In this document: positions 24,681 through 38,379 of the stretch, piece after piece | Layout of the letters: every line of letters begins with the position of its first letter | Position numbering within the stretch: position 1 is the stretch's first letter | Assembly: GCF_963921235.1 (NCBI RefSeq) | Contig: NC_086097.1 | Location: 22,694,001-22,758,000, forward strand | Length of the DNA stretch: 64,000 nucleotides | From: Mobula hypostoma | Taxonomy: Eukaryota | Direction of reading: 5' to 3' | Made by a program: the position numbers and the translations under genes | Notes under the pieces: generated by a model | The model's input: only the letters and a program-made list of their open reading frames with translations | Database searches by the model: none | What the model was told of the DNA's origin: nothing

Positions 24681-24784
24681 ATATAAAAAATCTGATGGCA
24701 GAGGGGAAGAAAATATTCCTAAAACATTGAGTGAGTGTGTGTCTTCAGGCTTCTGTACATCCTCTCTGATAGTAGCAATAAGAC

Positions 24785-25578
24785 CGTCACGTACCCTGTG
24801 ACGGGTTAAAGATCCAGCAGAAATGGAAAACACTTTGGAGTCCAGTATTGCTATTAACAAATGGTATTTATTAGTAACTACACAATACAGTAATATAAAA
24901 TCAGATATATAAAACAGGTTAGCAATGATTAGATATGTATAAGTGTGGAAATATATGAAAACCAAGCTTCTTCAAGTCTAGAGGTAAATGGATAGCCTTA
25001 CGGTGATGAGTAAAGTTCAGTTCCGTTCGTGGTATTGAGTTGAGTAGTGATGGAGAGACAGAGAGAGAGATTTGAGTCTTCAGGTGAGCTGATGCCATTG
25101 ATCTTCCCATTGTCCTCCGAAATCCTTCAGAAGTCACCAACTCTGACCACAACAAAGGGGGCCGTTCTTCTGTGGTGGAATTATCAACCCAGGCGAGGGT
25201 TGGACACATGAATAACTCCCCACCAGTCACACCCTTTTCACACTGCGAGAGCCACTGATCAATCCGCCTGATCGATCCTCCAAATCCCACCTTTTCTGTG
25301 GGCACAACAAAGCTCATTCAGTGTCCAAACCATGTGTCTGTGGGTCTAACGGCTGACTTCTATTTATCTCACCATGCTGAACACCAGCTGTCCATCAAGC
25401 AGCTCCTCCCTTCTCTCTCTGTAAGAACTTGGAAGCTGCCAGTGTCCTTGCAGAAAGTATAAACAAACTGCAGAGAAACCATAACACCATCTCAAAGCAG
25501 TTTTTGCCTCTCTCTCTCTCTTTTTTCTCTCTCTTTTTAAAAACACAGTTCATAGGGGTAATTCAGGACCCCGTCACA
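24785..25578 (-). mobile_element. Solo LTR-like element (about 790 bp), family B
   Basis: Minus strand starts TGTGACGGGG and ends CCCGTCACAGGGTACGTGAC; AATAAA near its 3' end; interrupts a Rex1 fragment. TSD not resolved. Confidence 0.6.
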
Positions 25579-27542
25579 GAGTATTATGTCCTGGATGATA
25601 GGAGTCTTTTTTGGGGCATTGACTTTGAAGGTGTTCTCGAAGCTGGTGAGGCTAGTGCCCATGACGGAACTGGCTGCGTGTTTGTAACCCACTGCAGCTT
25701 CTCCTGATCCTGTGCAGTTATATTATGGAAATACATTTTTCAGCAGTTTAAATAAAGTTTGAGGTCATCAGTCAAGGGCTAAAACCATTATCCAGTGGGG
25801 CAAGGGTCCACCTGGTCATGAGGTGCCAATTCAATTTGTCTCCTCATCTTTTAATGTTTCAAATAATGATTGAATTTGAAATTTGGTTGGTTAAAACAAA
25901 AACCTTTGGCCCCTTGAGGACTGGATTGCCATCCAGCCAAGGCTAAATGAATTCTCTCTTCCTTTGATTTTTGAGAGTTCTGAGTATTACCAGATTAGAT
26001 TGTCCAAATGCATTTCTCAGCAGTGCATATACCTTCTGGAATATTTGCTTTATGATTCATTGACATGAAATGGCCAATTATTTGGAATGGATTCCGAAGA
26101 TGCTTTTTGTTAGCATCTGTACACAGTTGCCATGTAAGAATACCAGAAATAGAAACTGAAGAAATAGTGGAGTTAACTATAAGATTACTTGTTATTTGTG
26201 GCTGAGCCTGCACATCGTATTCACTGTCTGCCTCATCCCAGATCCCTGATGCTCTTTGTCTCCAAAAATCTGATATTTCAAGGATTTGTATCCCTCCTCA
26301 TTTTAATAAAGTTCAAAGTACATTTTTTTTAATCAAAGTTCGTATACATTATACAACCTCGAGATTCATTTCCTTACAGGCAGCCACAAAACAAGAAATC
26401 CAATAAAACTCATAATTTTAAAAAGTCTGACAAATACCCAATGTACAGAGAGAGAAAAAGAACATATCGTGCAAACAATAAAAGTAAGCAAATAACATTG
26501 GACCCAAAGCCTGGAACAGCCAGAGCAGTGCCACAGCCTCAGACTCAGTTCAGCACATAGCAAATGGCCCTGTATCTTGATACTGTAGTCTAGAATATAA
26601 ATGGAGTTTTTAAACTTATCTTAAATAGGAGTTATAAGTCAAGACAAAAGTAACATTGGTACCTGCCCTATTTCTTTCCAAAAAAGACTGGATTTGGAAA
26701 CAACAAAGTTGTGAAGATGGATCTCAGGATCTTAGTAAATGACTTTGATAATAATTTTACTTTGTGCTTTGAAGCTGTCCACTAAGTGAACATTGCAACA
26801 AAAGTGGATTCTGGTCTTTTGTGAGACATCCAGAATAGGGCCTTTGAAGGTGCACATTAGTTGTGCCCAGTGCCTTTATTTTTTGCAGTTGTCTGCACTG
26901 CGTACAATGCCGGTGTAAACTTTTCAACACACAATACTTGGAGCCCATCTCACATGACCAGCCTTGTCAGGTGTTTGGTTACATTTGATGAACATTTGCA
27001 CTGCTCTGATGAGAGTTCTGATTAAGCTATGTCCTGTGCCCTTCCCTTGAACAAGCAAGTTACAGGAGGCAAAGTTCAACATTACATTATTATCAAATTG
27101 ATTAGGTTTTGATACACTAGAATAGCACTACAGATAATCCAACACCATTTTGATTCCCAGGCAAAGATTTGTGAAGTCAGCCAGAAAAAATGTTTGCAAA
27201 AACATGAGTGAGGTTTTGCTCAGGAACAGTTTAAATGAGAGCCTGCACATTTCTGATTTCAATTTAAAACTCTTCCAGGTTTTCTGTGTTCTAATCAGAG
27301 AACAATGATAGTCTTTCAAGGCAGATCCTTTTGTACCAGTGATACATGTGTAATGCCTTAGTTAAAATTGTATTTCTACTGCTATGCTGTTAGGCATTTT
27401 ATTTTAGCAGTTCTCTGCAAACGCAGTGTGTTCTCTTAGTTAACCTTCATAGACTAGTGTTTTGGCTTCAGCTGAGAAATGGAGCCATTTGTTTAACTTA
27501 GGAATGATGTGTCAGCCAATTGGGTTTGTCTTGGGAACATGT

Positions 27543-28999
27543 TGTAACATTCTGCCCAGTGGGATGCTGTGGAGTATTCAAGAGAGCTGGGTGAGGTCAG
27601 GTTTTGGAGGGACCCTGATCTAGTTTTAGATCTTCTGGTTGGGAGGTGTCAGAAGAGAAGGAGGTGCAGAGAAGAGCACCAGGGAAGACCCTGTCACTAA
27701 AAGCGATTTGTGCAGATGAATAGTTCCAAGGAGGAAGTGCCAGAATTTCTGAGTTAGCCAGTTTGTTTGTGATGCTCTTTACAGGAAGTTCAACCTGGGC
27801 TGGTGATGTAGGGGCAGAAACGAGCTCCAATGTTCATGTGTACATTTAGACTGGTTTAACTGTGTGGGCCCTTTTTCTTTCTTTTCCCATTAACTGTTCG
27901 TTACAGTTGAAATATTGGTAAATATACTTCCACTATAATTTTATGCCAGTGTACTACTATTACGTCAACTCAGGCCTAGGGGGCCAGCGTCGGGCACAAT
28001 GACGGACTCTCCACTTCTCCCTCTCCCTCATCAGTGTGTTCAGTTCATCTACATTAGCCGCACCGCTGTCTTCTAGAAGCACGTTGACCATTGTCTTGGG
28101 AGGGTGCCCAAGGTTCATCCTCCCGTGCTTGGGCTCCCATATGATGACTACGCTGGCAGGTAGCTCGGGGTGGCGTAGACAGTGCCCCGCTAGTTGCAGT
28201 CTTCTCGCCTCGATTTTAGTGGTGGGCATCGGTAGGTTGTCGTAGAGCTCGATGTTCGTCATGTGCTGTTGCCAACTCACGTCAAGAGCCATCCGGAGCA
28301 TTTGTGTATAGCAACCATCCAGAGACTTTCGCATCGTCTTGGTGAGTGTCCACATCTCGCATCCGTACGTGAGAATGGACTCTATGACTGCTATGAAAAT
28401 CCTCTTTTTAAGCCCTTTGGTCAGGTTCGACTTCCAGATTTCCTTCATGTCATTCATAGCCCCCCACGCCAGCGCCTTCCGTATCTTTATGTCCTTCTCC
28501 GAACTCATCATTCTTGACCTGAGGTACTTGTAGTTAAAGACTTTCTTAATGGTATCATTCTTTACAGTCTTGAGAGTACCTTCGTCACAGTTAAACGCCA
28601 TGTGCTCTTCTTTTTAGTGTTTAGGTGAAGTCCAGTTTTATTGCACTCAATTTCCACTATTGTCAGTAGCTGCTGTGCTTCCTCCATCTGGTCAGAGAGC
28701 AGGACTATGTCATCTGCAAAATCGAGATCTGTGAGCGTAACTGGTCTGACCTTTTTGGCCAGTGTACGATCTATGATTTCCTGGCAAATGGTAACTTGGT
28801 ATGAATCAGCATTTCCATTCTGTCATCGAAACATTCCAATTTTCCTGTTTGCTTGCACCCGAATGATACCGACCCTAGACGTGTGTTCCTATGGAAGGTG
28901 ACCTTCTCACTGTCACCCATGCAATGTTGAGTCACGTGGCCATGAGCCAGAGTTAGCTAACGAGCCAAGTTTGCTTCGAGTCCAAGTGAGAGGGTTACA
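27543..28999. mobile_element. Solo LTR (about 640 bp net), family C, split by an RTE insertion
   Basis: TGTAAC...GTTACA termini with 5-bp TSD CATGT (27538-27542 and 29000-29004). Confidence 0.8.
27955..28757 (-). mobile_element. 5'-truncated RTE-clade LINE, family 2
   Basis: LTDLDFADDIVLLS, then ORF 27960-28601 (ESILTYGCEMWTL...RRLQLAGHCLRH); 10-bp TSD GCCAGTGTAC (27945-27954 and 28758-28767); (TAG)n tail. Confidence 0.92.
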
Positions 29000-30431
29000 C
29001 ATGTGTGATTACCACTGAGGGGAGAGATAAAAAGCCCTTGAGAATGAGGTAGACAGTAGCAGACTAAGATGTATATTAAAACATATGGTAGAATGCGTGG
29101 CTTGCGTCAACAACCCACACAACCTAAGTTTCCACAGGGGGCAGTCTGTAAGTGTTGCTACATATCCTGATGCTAACATAACATACCCACAATGTTTTGC
29201 AGAACAAAGCAAAAACTGAACACAACAGGCAGTAAAACAGCAAAACAAGCCCCTTTCTTCTTTCCCACCTGCACTTACAGATAGTTTCCTAGCTTCAGTC
29301 CGCAGGCTCCAGGCTTCAGCCATCAGACTACCAATTAGCTTTCAGGCTCCAATCTTTGGTATCAACCTGTAGACTGGCTGCTGACAAGACCCCAAACTCC
29401 AGGCTTGAACTGAGGCAAGCTAATTTACTGACCATGTGCCTCCTCATGCCTCCTGCTCACACAATCTCCTGGTCACCAGCTTTTGAGCACAGAACTAAGG
29501 CCAGGACTGGTGATGCCCTAAGTCAGCTAAGGTACATCACTTGAATTTGAACGTGGAGTGAAGAACGTAGGCTTGACCTCTAACTTCTCCACATCCCTGT
29601 CTCTAATCCCTAATCTGACCTCTAACTTCCACTTTTGCCTGTTTGCATATCTCTATGACTCTGTAAGTGCTGTGAGAAACACTTGCCTGTGCTTATTCAT
29701 GGGAGCTTATAACTTGAACTCAAAATCTCCTTTTTATGCAGCAAAATGTTGTATTTTGCATTAAAATGCTGCATCAAAAGTTGCGTTAAAATTTGAAAGA
29801 TGCTGAAAATCTGAAATATAGATACCTAAAATGCTGAAGTGTAGAGAGAAATAAACAGCATTGACATATCAGTGACCTACTGAGTATTTCTTGCATTTTC
29901 TGTTATTTTGTTTAATAATCGGTCTCTTCACTTTTTGCCAATTCTTCCCTTGGAAAGTTAAATGTCTATTTTGATATCTCCTGGGAAATCTTTAAAACTT
30001 GGAATATTTTTCAGTTTCTTTGTTTTTATTTTAAATTAGAAGTCAATATTATAGCTATCTTGTAACATCATCAGAACGATAGAAAAGGTAGCAGCTGTTT
30101 CTATTCTACTCTAATTGTTAAGGCTCTAAAGTAGGACATAGAGCAAAATTGTTGTCAAAGAAAAAACACAGCAAGTACTGGAGAGCTAAAGTATAGATAT
30201 CTAAATTGCTGAACTGTAGAGAGAGGTAAATAAATGACATTTCAGTGTATTTTTTTTTTGTATTAGAAAGTGGTCCTTAACCTGAACTCTGCTGTGCACT
30301 TTTCAAACGCTGCCTGACCTGCTGAGTATTTCTTGAAACCTCTGTTACTGTTGCATAATAAATGTATTGCACAAGATGCATTCATCATTCTTATGAGATT
30401 TTTCTTCACAGAGAGCCTCACTGCAATTTTG

Positions 30432-30785
30432 AGTAACCTATCAATTATTAAAAGGCCTTGATAGAGTGGACGTGGAAAGATGCTTCCTGGAGTGGGGGCT
30501 CTATGACCAGAGGACACAGCCTCAGAATAGAAGGACATCCGTTTAGAATAAAGATAAGGGGAATTTCCTTAGCTAGGGAGAGGTGAATCTGTGGAATTTA
30601 TTGCCACAGATGGCTGTGACGACCAAGTCATTGGGTATTTTAAAGTGGAGGTTGATAGGTTCTTAATTAGTAAGGGCATCCAAGGTTATTGGGCGAAGGC
30701 CAGAAAATGGGGTTGAGAAGGATAATAAATCAGCCATGATGGAATGGTGGAGCAGACTGAATAGCCTAATTTTGCTTCTATGCCC
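30432..30785 (+). mobile_element. CR1 3' fragment
   Basis: KGLDRVD...RTRGHSLRIEG remnant and CR1 3' UTR. Confidence 0.82.
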
Positions 30786-33700
30786 TCTTTTTATATATCA
30801 GGGTCAGTGATCTTACATCTGGAATTGGGTGGATAGCTTTTTACTTGTTCCTCTCTCTCCTTCCTTAAATTGTAACTTTATGTTAACCTTTATAATCTGC
30901 TCATGGATCTGTGAAATTTGGGAAGATTTTCACAAATATATCCACCATTTCTTCACCTGTCAGACCATTGATGATGGGTTGTGAGTTCTGCTTTTAGTCC
31001 CACTAACATCCCAGTGTTCTTTGTTAAGCCTTATGAATGACTTTTATGTTCTCCACTATCACTAGACCCTTGCTTTCTCCTAATTACTGCTACTTTTATT
31101 GTATCATCCGCAGTGAAATATACAAAGCATTTATTAACACCAGAGATTCTGTAGATGCTGGAAATCCAGAGTACCACACAAAATGCTGGAGGAACTCAGC
31201 AGGAAAGCAATAAACAGTCTTTTTTATTAAATGGTCGTCAAAGTCATGGTTCAAAGTTCAAATTAAATTTGTTATCGAAGTAGGTACAGTATATGTTACC
31301 ATATACCACCTTAAGATTCATTTTCTTGTAGGCAGTTATAGAAAAGTATAGACGTACAATGGAATTTGCTAAAAAAAACTATATATAAAGACTGACAAAC
31401 AACCAACGTGCAATAGGAGCACCAGGTTCAGGAACAGTTATTACCCTATAACCATCAGGCTCCTAAACCAGCGAGAATAACTTCACTCACCACAACTCTG
31501 AACTGATTCTACAACCTAGGGACTTACTCTCAAGGACCCTTTACAACTTTTGTTTTCAGTCTATTTTATTCGCACTGAGTTTTCTATCCCTACTGCCTGA
31601 TGGTAGTCGCGAGCAGAGATCATGGCCTGAATGAGATACTGTTTTCTGGTGGCAATGCACCAGGTAAATTTACTCAATGGTGGGGAGGGCTTTTCCTCTG
31701 CTGGAAAGATCTGTATCTAACATTTTCTGTAGATCTTTAATTCCTGGGCAATGGTGTTTCCATATCAGGCTGCGATACAGTTGGGATATTCTCCACTGTG
31801 CATTGGAGTTTGTCAAGGTTTTCTTACTTATTGGTTGCAGTGTAAACCTTTTGCACTTATTCATCAAATTGGCCGGATATCTGAGTCCCAGAATGAGAAT
31901 CAGGTTTAATATTGTGTCGTGAAGTTTGTTATTTTGTGTCGCCTGCACATTGCAATACACAATAATAAAAAAACTATAGATTAGAATAAGAGGTGTATAT
32001 AAAAATTAAATAAGTAATGCAGAAAGAGAGGGAATAAATACTGAGGAAGTGGTCATTGATTCATTGCCCGTTCAGAATTCTGATGATGGAGAGGAAGAAG
32101 CTGTTCCTGAAATGTTGAGTGTGTGCCGTCAGGATCCTGTGCCACCTCCTAGATTGTGGCAACAAGAACAGCACATGTTCTGGGTGATGGGGGCCCTTAA
32201 CGATGGATGCTGCCTTTTTGAGGCATTACCTTTTGAAGGTGTCCTGGATGCTGGGGAGGTGGATGCCCATGATGGAACTGGCTGAGTTTACATCTTTCTG
32301 TAGCTTTTTCTGATCTTGTGCAATGCCACCCGCCCCCTGCCCCATACCAGACAGTGGCACATCTGTAGAAATTTTCAAATGTCTTTGATGACAAACCAAA
32401 TCTCCTCAAGCCCCTAATGAAATATAGCCACTGTCGTGGCTTCTTTGTAATTGCATCAATATGTTGGGCATATTATTGATCTTCAGAGATGTTGACATGC
32501 AGGAAGTTGAAACTGCTCACCATTTCCACTTCTGATCATTCAATGAGAATTGGTGTGTGTTCCCTCGATGTACCCTTCCTGAAGTTCACAATCATTTCCT
32601 TGGTCATACTGACGTTGAGTGCAAGGTTGTTGCTGTGATACCACTCAACCAGCTGACTTATCTCACTCTTGTATGCCTCTTCAATTTCATCTGAAGTTCT
32701 GCCAGCAGTAGTTATGTTGTTGGCAAATTTACAGATGGCATTTGAGCTATGTCTAACCACATAATCATGGGTGTAGAGAAGGTTGAGTGGTAGGCTAAGC
32801 ACACAACCTTGAGATGCACCGGTGTTGATTGTTAGCGAGGAGGAGATGTCATTACTCTCGTAATTTATCAACTGTTCCTCTTTATCGAAGTTTGTCTTCG
32901 TTTATTGCTTCTTCCTAGAAGTCTCCCCATCATCAAGCTGGCTACTCCTCTTAAAACCATTAAAAGTTTTGTTTTTTAATTTAATATCCTTACCATTGCC
33001 AACTTTTCTAAGGATATTATATATTTTTCAGCCAATGTACAATTTCTTGCTGGGATTATCAGTTTGAGGAGAAATATAGTACAGGACACCAGGAAGCAAA
33101 TCTCTTCATCTGAGAAATAATACTACAAATCTTTTACATCCACACAAGGGCACAAATAGGAAATTGCTTGGACTCTTAACAGAAAGGAAATTAAATTAAA
33201 TTTATGTCAAACTTCTGAGATAGGATTTAACGCACACTAATGAGTTACTGACTTTAAAAAGAGGCATGCTTCTCAAATCAAATGGTTTAGTTTAATATCA
33301 GAGAATGTATATAATATACATACTGAAATTCTTACTCTTCACTGGCATCCATGAAACTAGAAACCCTACGGGATGAATGATAGAAACATCAGGACCCCGA
33401 AGCCCCCTATCTCCCGTCCCACGCACAGTCAGCAGCAAAAACATCGACCCTCCCCTCCCCCTCCCTCCACTTACACCAGCAGAAGTAGCAATCCTCACAC
33501 ACTCACCATCCAAACAGTTGCAAAAGCCCCCAAAGGGACCTTGATCCAGAGTTCATCAAACACTACAGCCCAGAACACAGCACTTCGATATCTCAGACAG
33601 ACTCGCTCTCTCTCTGTTGAGGGAGAGGGAGGTTGCCTTTTTGGCAACAAGAAGTGTGGAGACCAAATTAAGGCTGACAATAAAATCTATTCAGGTCCAC

Positions 33701-33872
33701 CTTGGTTAGGATCACATCCCTTAAGCAAGTGGTGCATTCTGTTCCTGCCAGCTATGTAAATAGTTATGAATTTATTTTAGTTTTCTTTGCTATTAATTAA
33801 CCAACTATCTCTTAATTCAAATATTTGTCCGATAGCTTATCATTCCTTTATGTGACAGGTTCTTTATGCATT

Positions 33873-34100
33873 TGTGGTAAACCATGTATATATGTTGTAA
33901 CTCGGTTACCTGTCTGGACACACCCCTCTGCTGACTGCCCCTGTGGCTCCTCCCACAGAATCCTGTATAAAGGTGTTCGCCTTGCCCCTCCCCCTCAGTC
34001 TGGGGGCAGACACTCACTGTGGAGGTCGTATTGTACAGCGAATAAAAGCCTTTCGTATTTTACCAAACCTCAGTCTTTTGGAGTAATTGAAGGTGCTTCA
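33873..34100 (+). mobile_element. Solo LTR (228 bp), family A
   Basis: TGTGGTAAACC...GGTGCTTCA, perfect 5-bp TSD GCATT, TATAAA (33966) and AATAAA (34041). Confidence 0.9.
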
Positions 34101-35546
34101 GCATTAATGTTAGACAGTCAGATTCTACAAATGTTATGTAAGCACTTAATATTTATGCACTTTTACATTTGCAGTTTAGCTCATTTTTATTCAATACGTT
34201 GAACTTATGCAGATAAACAAAAATAATCAGGGATGCATAAGTGACCGCGCTGTTCTCTAGAAATTTCTTACAAATTAGAAGTGTTCCAGGGGTGCATTGG
34301 AAAAATATGATTACAGAATTATTTAGTATGCATTAACTAATTAAATTTCTAAGAGGCTGATTGGATTTGACTTGCAGATTTGTACTACATCATCTACTCT
34401 TTCCCCTGCCTGTGCGGATTTTTTTTTTTTGCAGTTGATGAGAAAATGGAAATGCAATTTTTCAACATTCTGTTTGAAATGGATTTTTAAGTATGTGGAA
34501 GAATATTATCGAACAGTGCTATTTTCATTTACATCTGGCATGCGAGAAGCCACCTGAAGATGTCTAATATTTTCCAGTCTTCGCTTAAGCAGAGAAAATG
34601 CTCTGTTCAACCCTTGCATGTGTTTCTTTAGAGAATTATTTTACTTTAAAAAGTGCAGTAATAATGTGATAAATGAGCCATTTAATTAATTGGTTTCCTG
34701 CCTCCTTACTCTCTTCTATTATCAGCTTGCATCGTTCCCTTTTGGGTATCGTGGATTTCCAAACACTAATAGCATGGAAAGAGGCCATTTTGTCTATTGG
34801 AGTTGTCCTGCCCGGACTGTAACCTCATAAGTCTTATTCCACAGCCCTTGCTCTCCTGCCTTGCAGATTATTCTTTCTAATGTGCCAATCCAGTTGAAAG
34901 ATTGGAATTGGTTTATTATGGTCGCATGTAGTGAGATACAGTGAAAAGCTTGTCTTGCATACTGCTCATACAGATCAAATCGTGACATAGTATACTGAGG
35001 TAGAATGAAAAACATGCAGAATAAAGTGTAACAGCTGCAGAGAAATTGCGGTGCAGGTAGACAATAAGATGCAAGATCATAATGAGGTAGCTTGTGAGGT
35101 CAAGAGTACATTTTACCACTGATAAATTCTGTTTTCATTATCTCAATAGGCACTGAATTTCAGATCATGACTATCTCCTGCATGCAAATCTTTGTTCATA
35201 TACCTCCTTAAAAGCTTTTGTCCAAAAATTTACCTGTTTGCAATAGACCATGAATCAACTGCTAACTCGACAGCCCAGTCCATGATAGACAAAGCCCTTC
35301 CCACCACTGACAACATTACATGACACGGAAGCAGTAACCATCGTCAGGGACTCCCACCATCCAGGCAATGCTCCCACCACACTGCTGCTATTGGGAAGGA
35401 GGTAAGGCAGCCTTAGCACCAACACCACAAGACTCAGGAACAACAATAGTTTTATTTACAGAATTTGTCTTCATTTGCACATTGTTGTTTGTCAGTCTTT
35501 ATGTATAGTTTTTCATGAATTCTATTGCACTTCTTTATTTTCTAAT

Positions 35547-36420
35547 AAATGATGACGCAAAGGTTGGGGGTGTTGTGGATAGTGTGGAGGACTGTCAGAG
35601 GTTACAACAGGACATTGATAGGATGCAAAGTTGGGCTGAGAAGTGGCAGTGGGCAGATAAATGTGAGGTGATTCATTTTGGTAGGTCAAATATGATAGCA
35701 GAATATAGTATTAATGGTAAGACTCTTGGCAGTGTGGAGAATCAGGGGGATCTTGAGGTCCAAGTCCATAGGACACTCAAAGCTGCTGTGCAGGTTGATT
35801 CTGTGGTTAAGATGGCATATGGTGCATTGGCCTTCATCCACCATGGGATTGAGTTTAAGTGCCGAGAAGTAATGTTGCAGCTATATAGGACCCTGGTCAG
35901 ACCCCACTTGGAGTATTGTGCTCAATTCTGGTCGACTTACTACAGGAAGGACGTGGAAATCATAGAAAGGGTGCAGTGGAGATTTACAAGGATGTTGCCT
36001 GGATTGGGGAGCATGCCTTATGGGAATAGGTTGAGTGAACACTGCCTTTTCTCCTTGGAGCGATGGAGGATGAGAGGTGTCCTGATAGAGGTGTACAAGA
36101 TAATGAGAGGCATTGATTGTGTGAATAATCAGAGGCTTTTTCCCAGGGCTCAAATGGCTAGAATGAGAGGGCATAGTTTTAAGGTGCTTGGAAGTAGGTA
36201 CAGAGGAGAAGTCGGGTAAGTTTTTTACGCAGAGAGTGGTGAGTGCATGGAATGGGCTACCGGCGGTGGCGGTGGAGGTGGAAACGATAGGGTCTTTTAA
36301 GAGACTCCTGGATAGGTACATGGAGCTTAGAAAAATAGAGGGCTATGGGTAACCCTAGGTAGTTCTAAGGTAGGGACATGTTCGGCACAGCTTTGTGGGC
36401 TGAAGGGCCTGTATTGTGCT
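35547..36420 (+). mobile_element. CR1 LINE 3' fragment
   Basis: ORF 35515-36219 reads DDAKVGG...LQQDIDRMQSWAEKWQ...LVRPHLEYCAQFW. Confidence 0.95.
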
Positions 36421-36488
36421 GGAAATTGGGACTAGCTGTGTGGATACAATGGTTAACATTGACTGGTTGGAACGAAGAGCCAGTATCC

Positions 36489-37908
36489 TGTTAATGTTTT
36501 GTGACACTAAAACGTAAAACTAATTGCAAGAAAAAGTCAGGAGTCCAGGAATAAATAAGCGAGGCACATATATAAGATGTGGTGGTGTGATGATGTATGT
36601 CATTCATGTGCTTTTACATTGAACCTGTAATGAAGTTTTGAAATAAACGAGAATGCATAATCTAGCAATAAATCTAGAATATTGCTTAAATATTACTGAA
36701 ATATTAAATACACACCTCCCTACTTTGCTATAAAATTCAACTCAATAAAGGATGCACCTCAACTTATATATGTATAATTGTATCTTTGTATACCTTACGC
36801 ATTTTCTGCAAGCTTTACCTTTAAATCTGTATTAGTCTGATGTATGTGAGTTCCTGCCACAACGGTAACACAATTTGTTTGGCCAGGCCGGTTTCTGTTT
36901 AGATGTTACAACTTTGTTCACCCTCACTTTCATTCCTGATAGCAACTTAATCATGTCTTTGTCTGTTGTTTCCACCGATACAGATATTTCAACTGCTCTT
37001 TTAAATGTAAGTTGTGCTTCAGTTTAGAGCTATTTTTGAATGCTTTCTTGAAAGATTCCACAAATTAAAAGATCCCTTAGTGCATTATTAAGCCCATTAC
37101 TGAACTGATAATGCTCAGACAACTTCAATTTAACAACATGCTGAAATGAACTACCCTTCCTTTAGATTCTGCTTGAAACCTAAATTGTTCTGCACTTAAC
37201 AATGGTTTGATTCTAAATATTGTAACATTACTTTCACAATATCAGCAAAGCTCATTTTGTCTGGATTGGTTGGAGCACTCAAACTTCTAAACAAACTGTA
37301 TCCCTTTAAACCTAATGTACTCATCAAAATTGGTACTCGCTTCTCATTGGCTATTTCATTTGATTCAAAATCCTGCTTAATTCGCTGTATGCAAAATCCA
37401 GTAATCTGTTGTGCATACAAGCACATCAATCTTTCCAATATAGCCAGCCATTTCTGCTGTTTTCATATTTCTGATTATTATCACCCAGTACTCACATTCC
37501 TGAACCTGTGAATTTCATCTGTTTCTTGTCTTTTTAAAAAAAATTCTCTTTTTACCTCGTGAAGAAAGCGTGCTGCACTTTTATTTCAATTAGAACATCA
37601 CATTGCACTTCACATATCCTGAAATGGATTGTTGTCTCGGGTTCATTTACTCATTGCCACTGTTGTGTTTTGTAACTCCAAAACATAAAACTATCTGCAG
37701 GAAAAAGACTCGAGCCCAGGATTAAATGCATGCATTTCATTTTTTACTTTAAGCATGGCACACACATGTGATGTGGTGTGATGACGTATGCGATTAACGT
37801 ACTTTTACATATAATCCATAATGAATATTGTAAACATCAAAGAAAGCTTAATCAAACAGTACATTTACAATGTTACTCAAATATTACTGGAATATTAAAT
37901 ACACAACA
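36489..37908 (-). mobile_element. Internally deleted Gypsy/Ty3 LTR retrotransposon (two LTRs and a gag remnant, no pol)
   Basis: Diverged LTRs 37661-37908 and 36489-36714, TSD TATCC, PBS-like TGGCAATGAG (37650-37659), PPT-like TAGGGAGG, gag remnant ORF 37196-37438 (KRVPILMSTLGLKGYSLFRSLSAPTNP). Confidence 0.88.
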
Positions 37909-38379
37909 TATCCAAGCTCTATTGCTCTATGACTCTGTAAGGAAGAGGTTCTGAGGAATGTGTAGGAAGAGTTGGTCATCAAATTCATTGTCTGCACCAT
38001 GGCAAATTGCATCAGACAACTCATATTAGAGAAATGAATGCATGTCCCAAACAGTATTGCTTTAGAAATGTGTTCTAGTTTCAGATTTAGATTCAGATAT
38101 ATTTATCACATTTACATCGAAACACACAGTGAAATGCATTATTTGCACAACCGAAATGCTGGGGGCAGCCCACAACTGTGCCATACATTCCTGTGCCAAC
38201 AATGTTCAGCAGAACAACACAAGAGCTGTAACAACAACGAAGTTGAAAGCTCAAAGTAAAATTTATCATATATGTAACCACATACAACCCTGAGATTCTT
38301 TTTCTGCAGGGATACTTAGCAAATCTATAGAACAGTAAATGTAAACTATAAACAAACTGTGCAAGTGCAGATATAAATA

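Noticed and set aside
34420..34500. Strong acceptor (T)nGCAG as a coding exon
   Set aside because: Weak donor, stops in two frames, and an unrecognisable peptide in the third.
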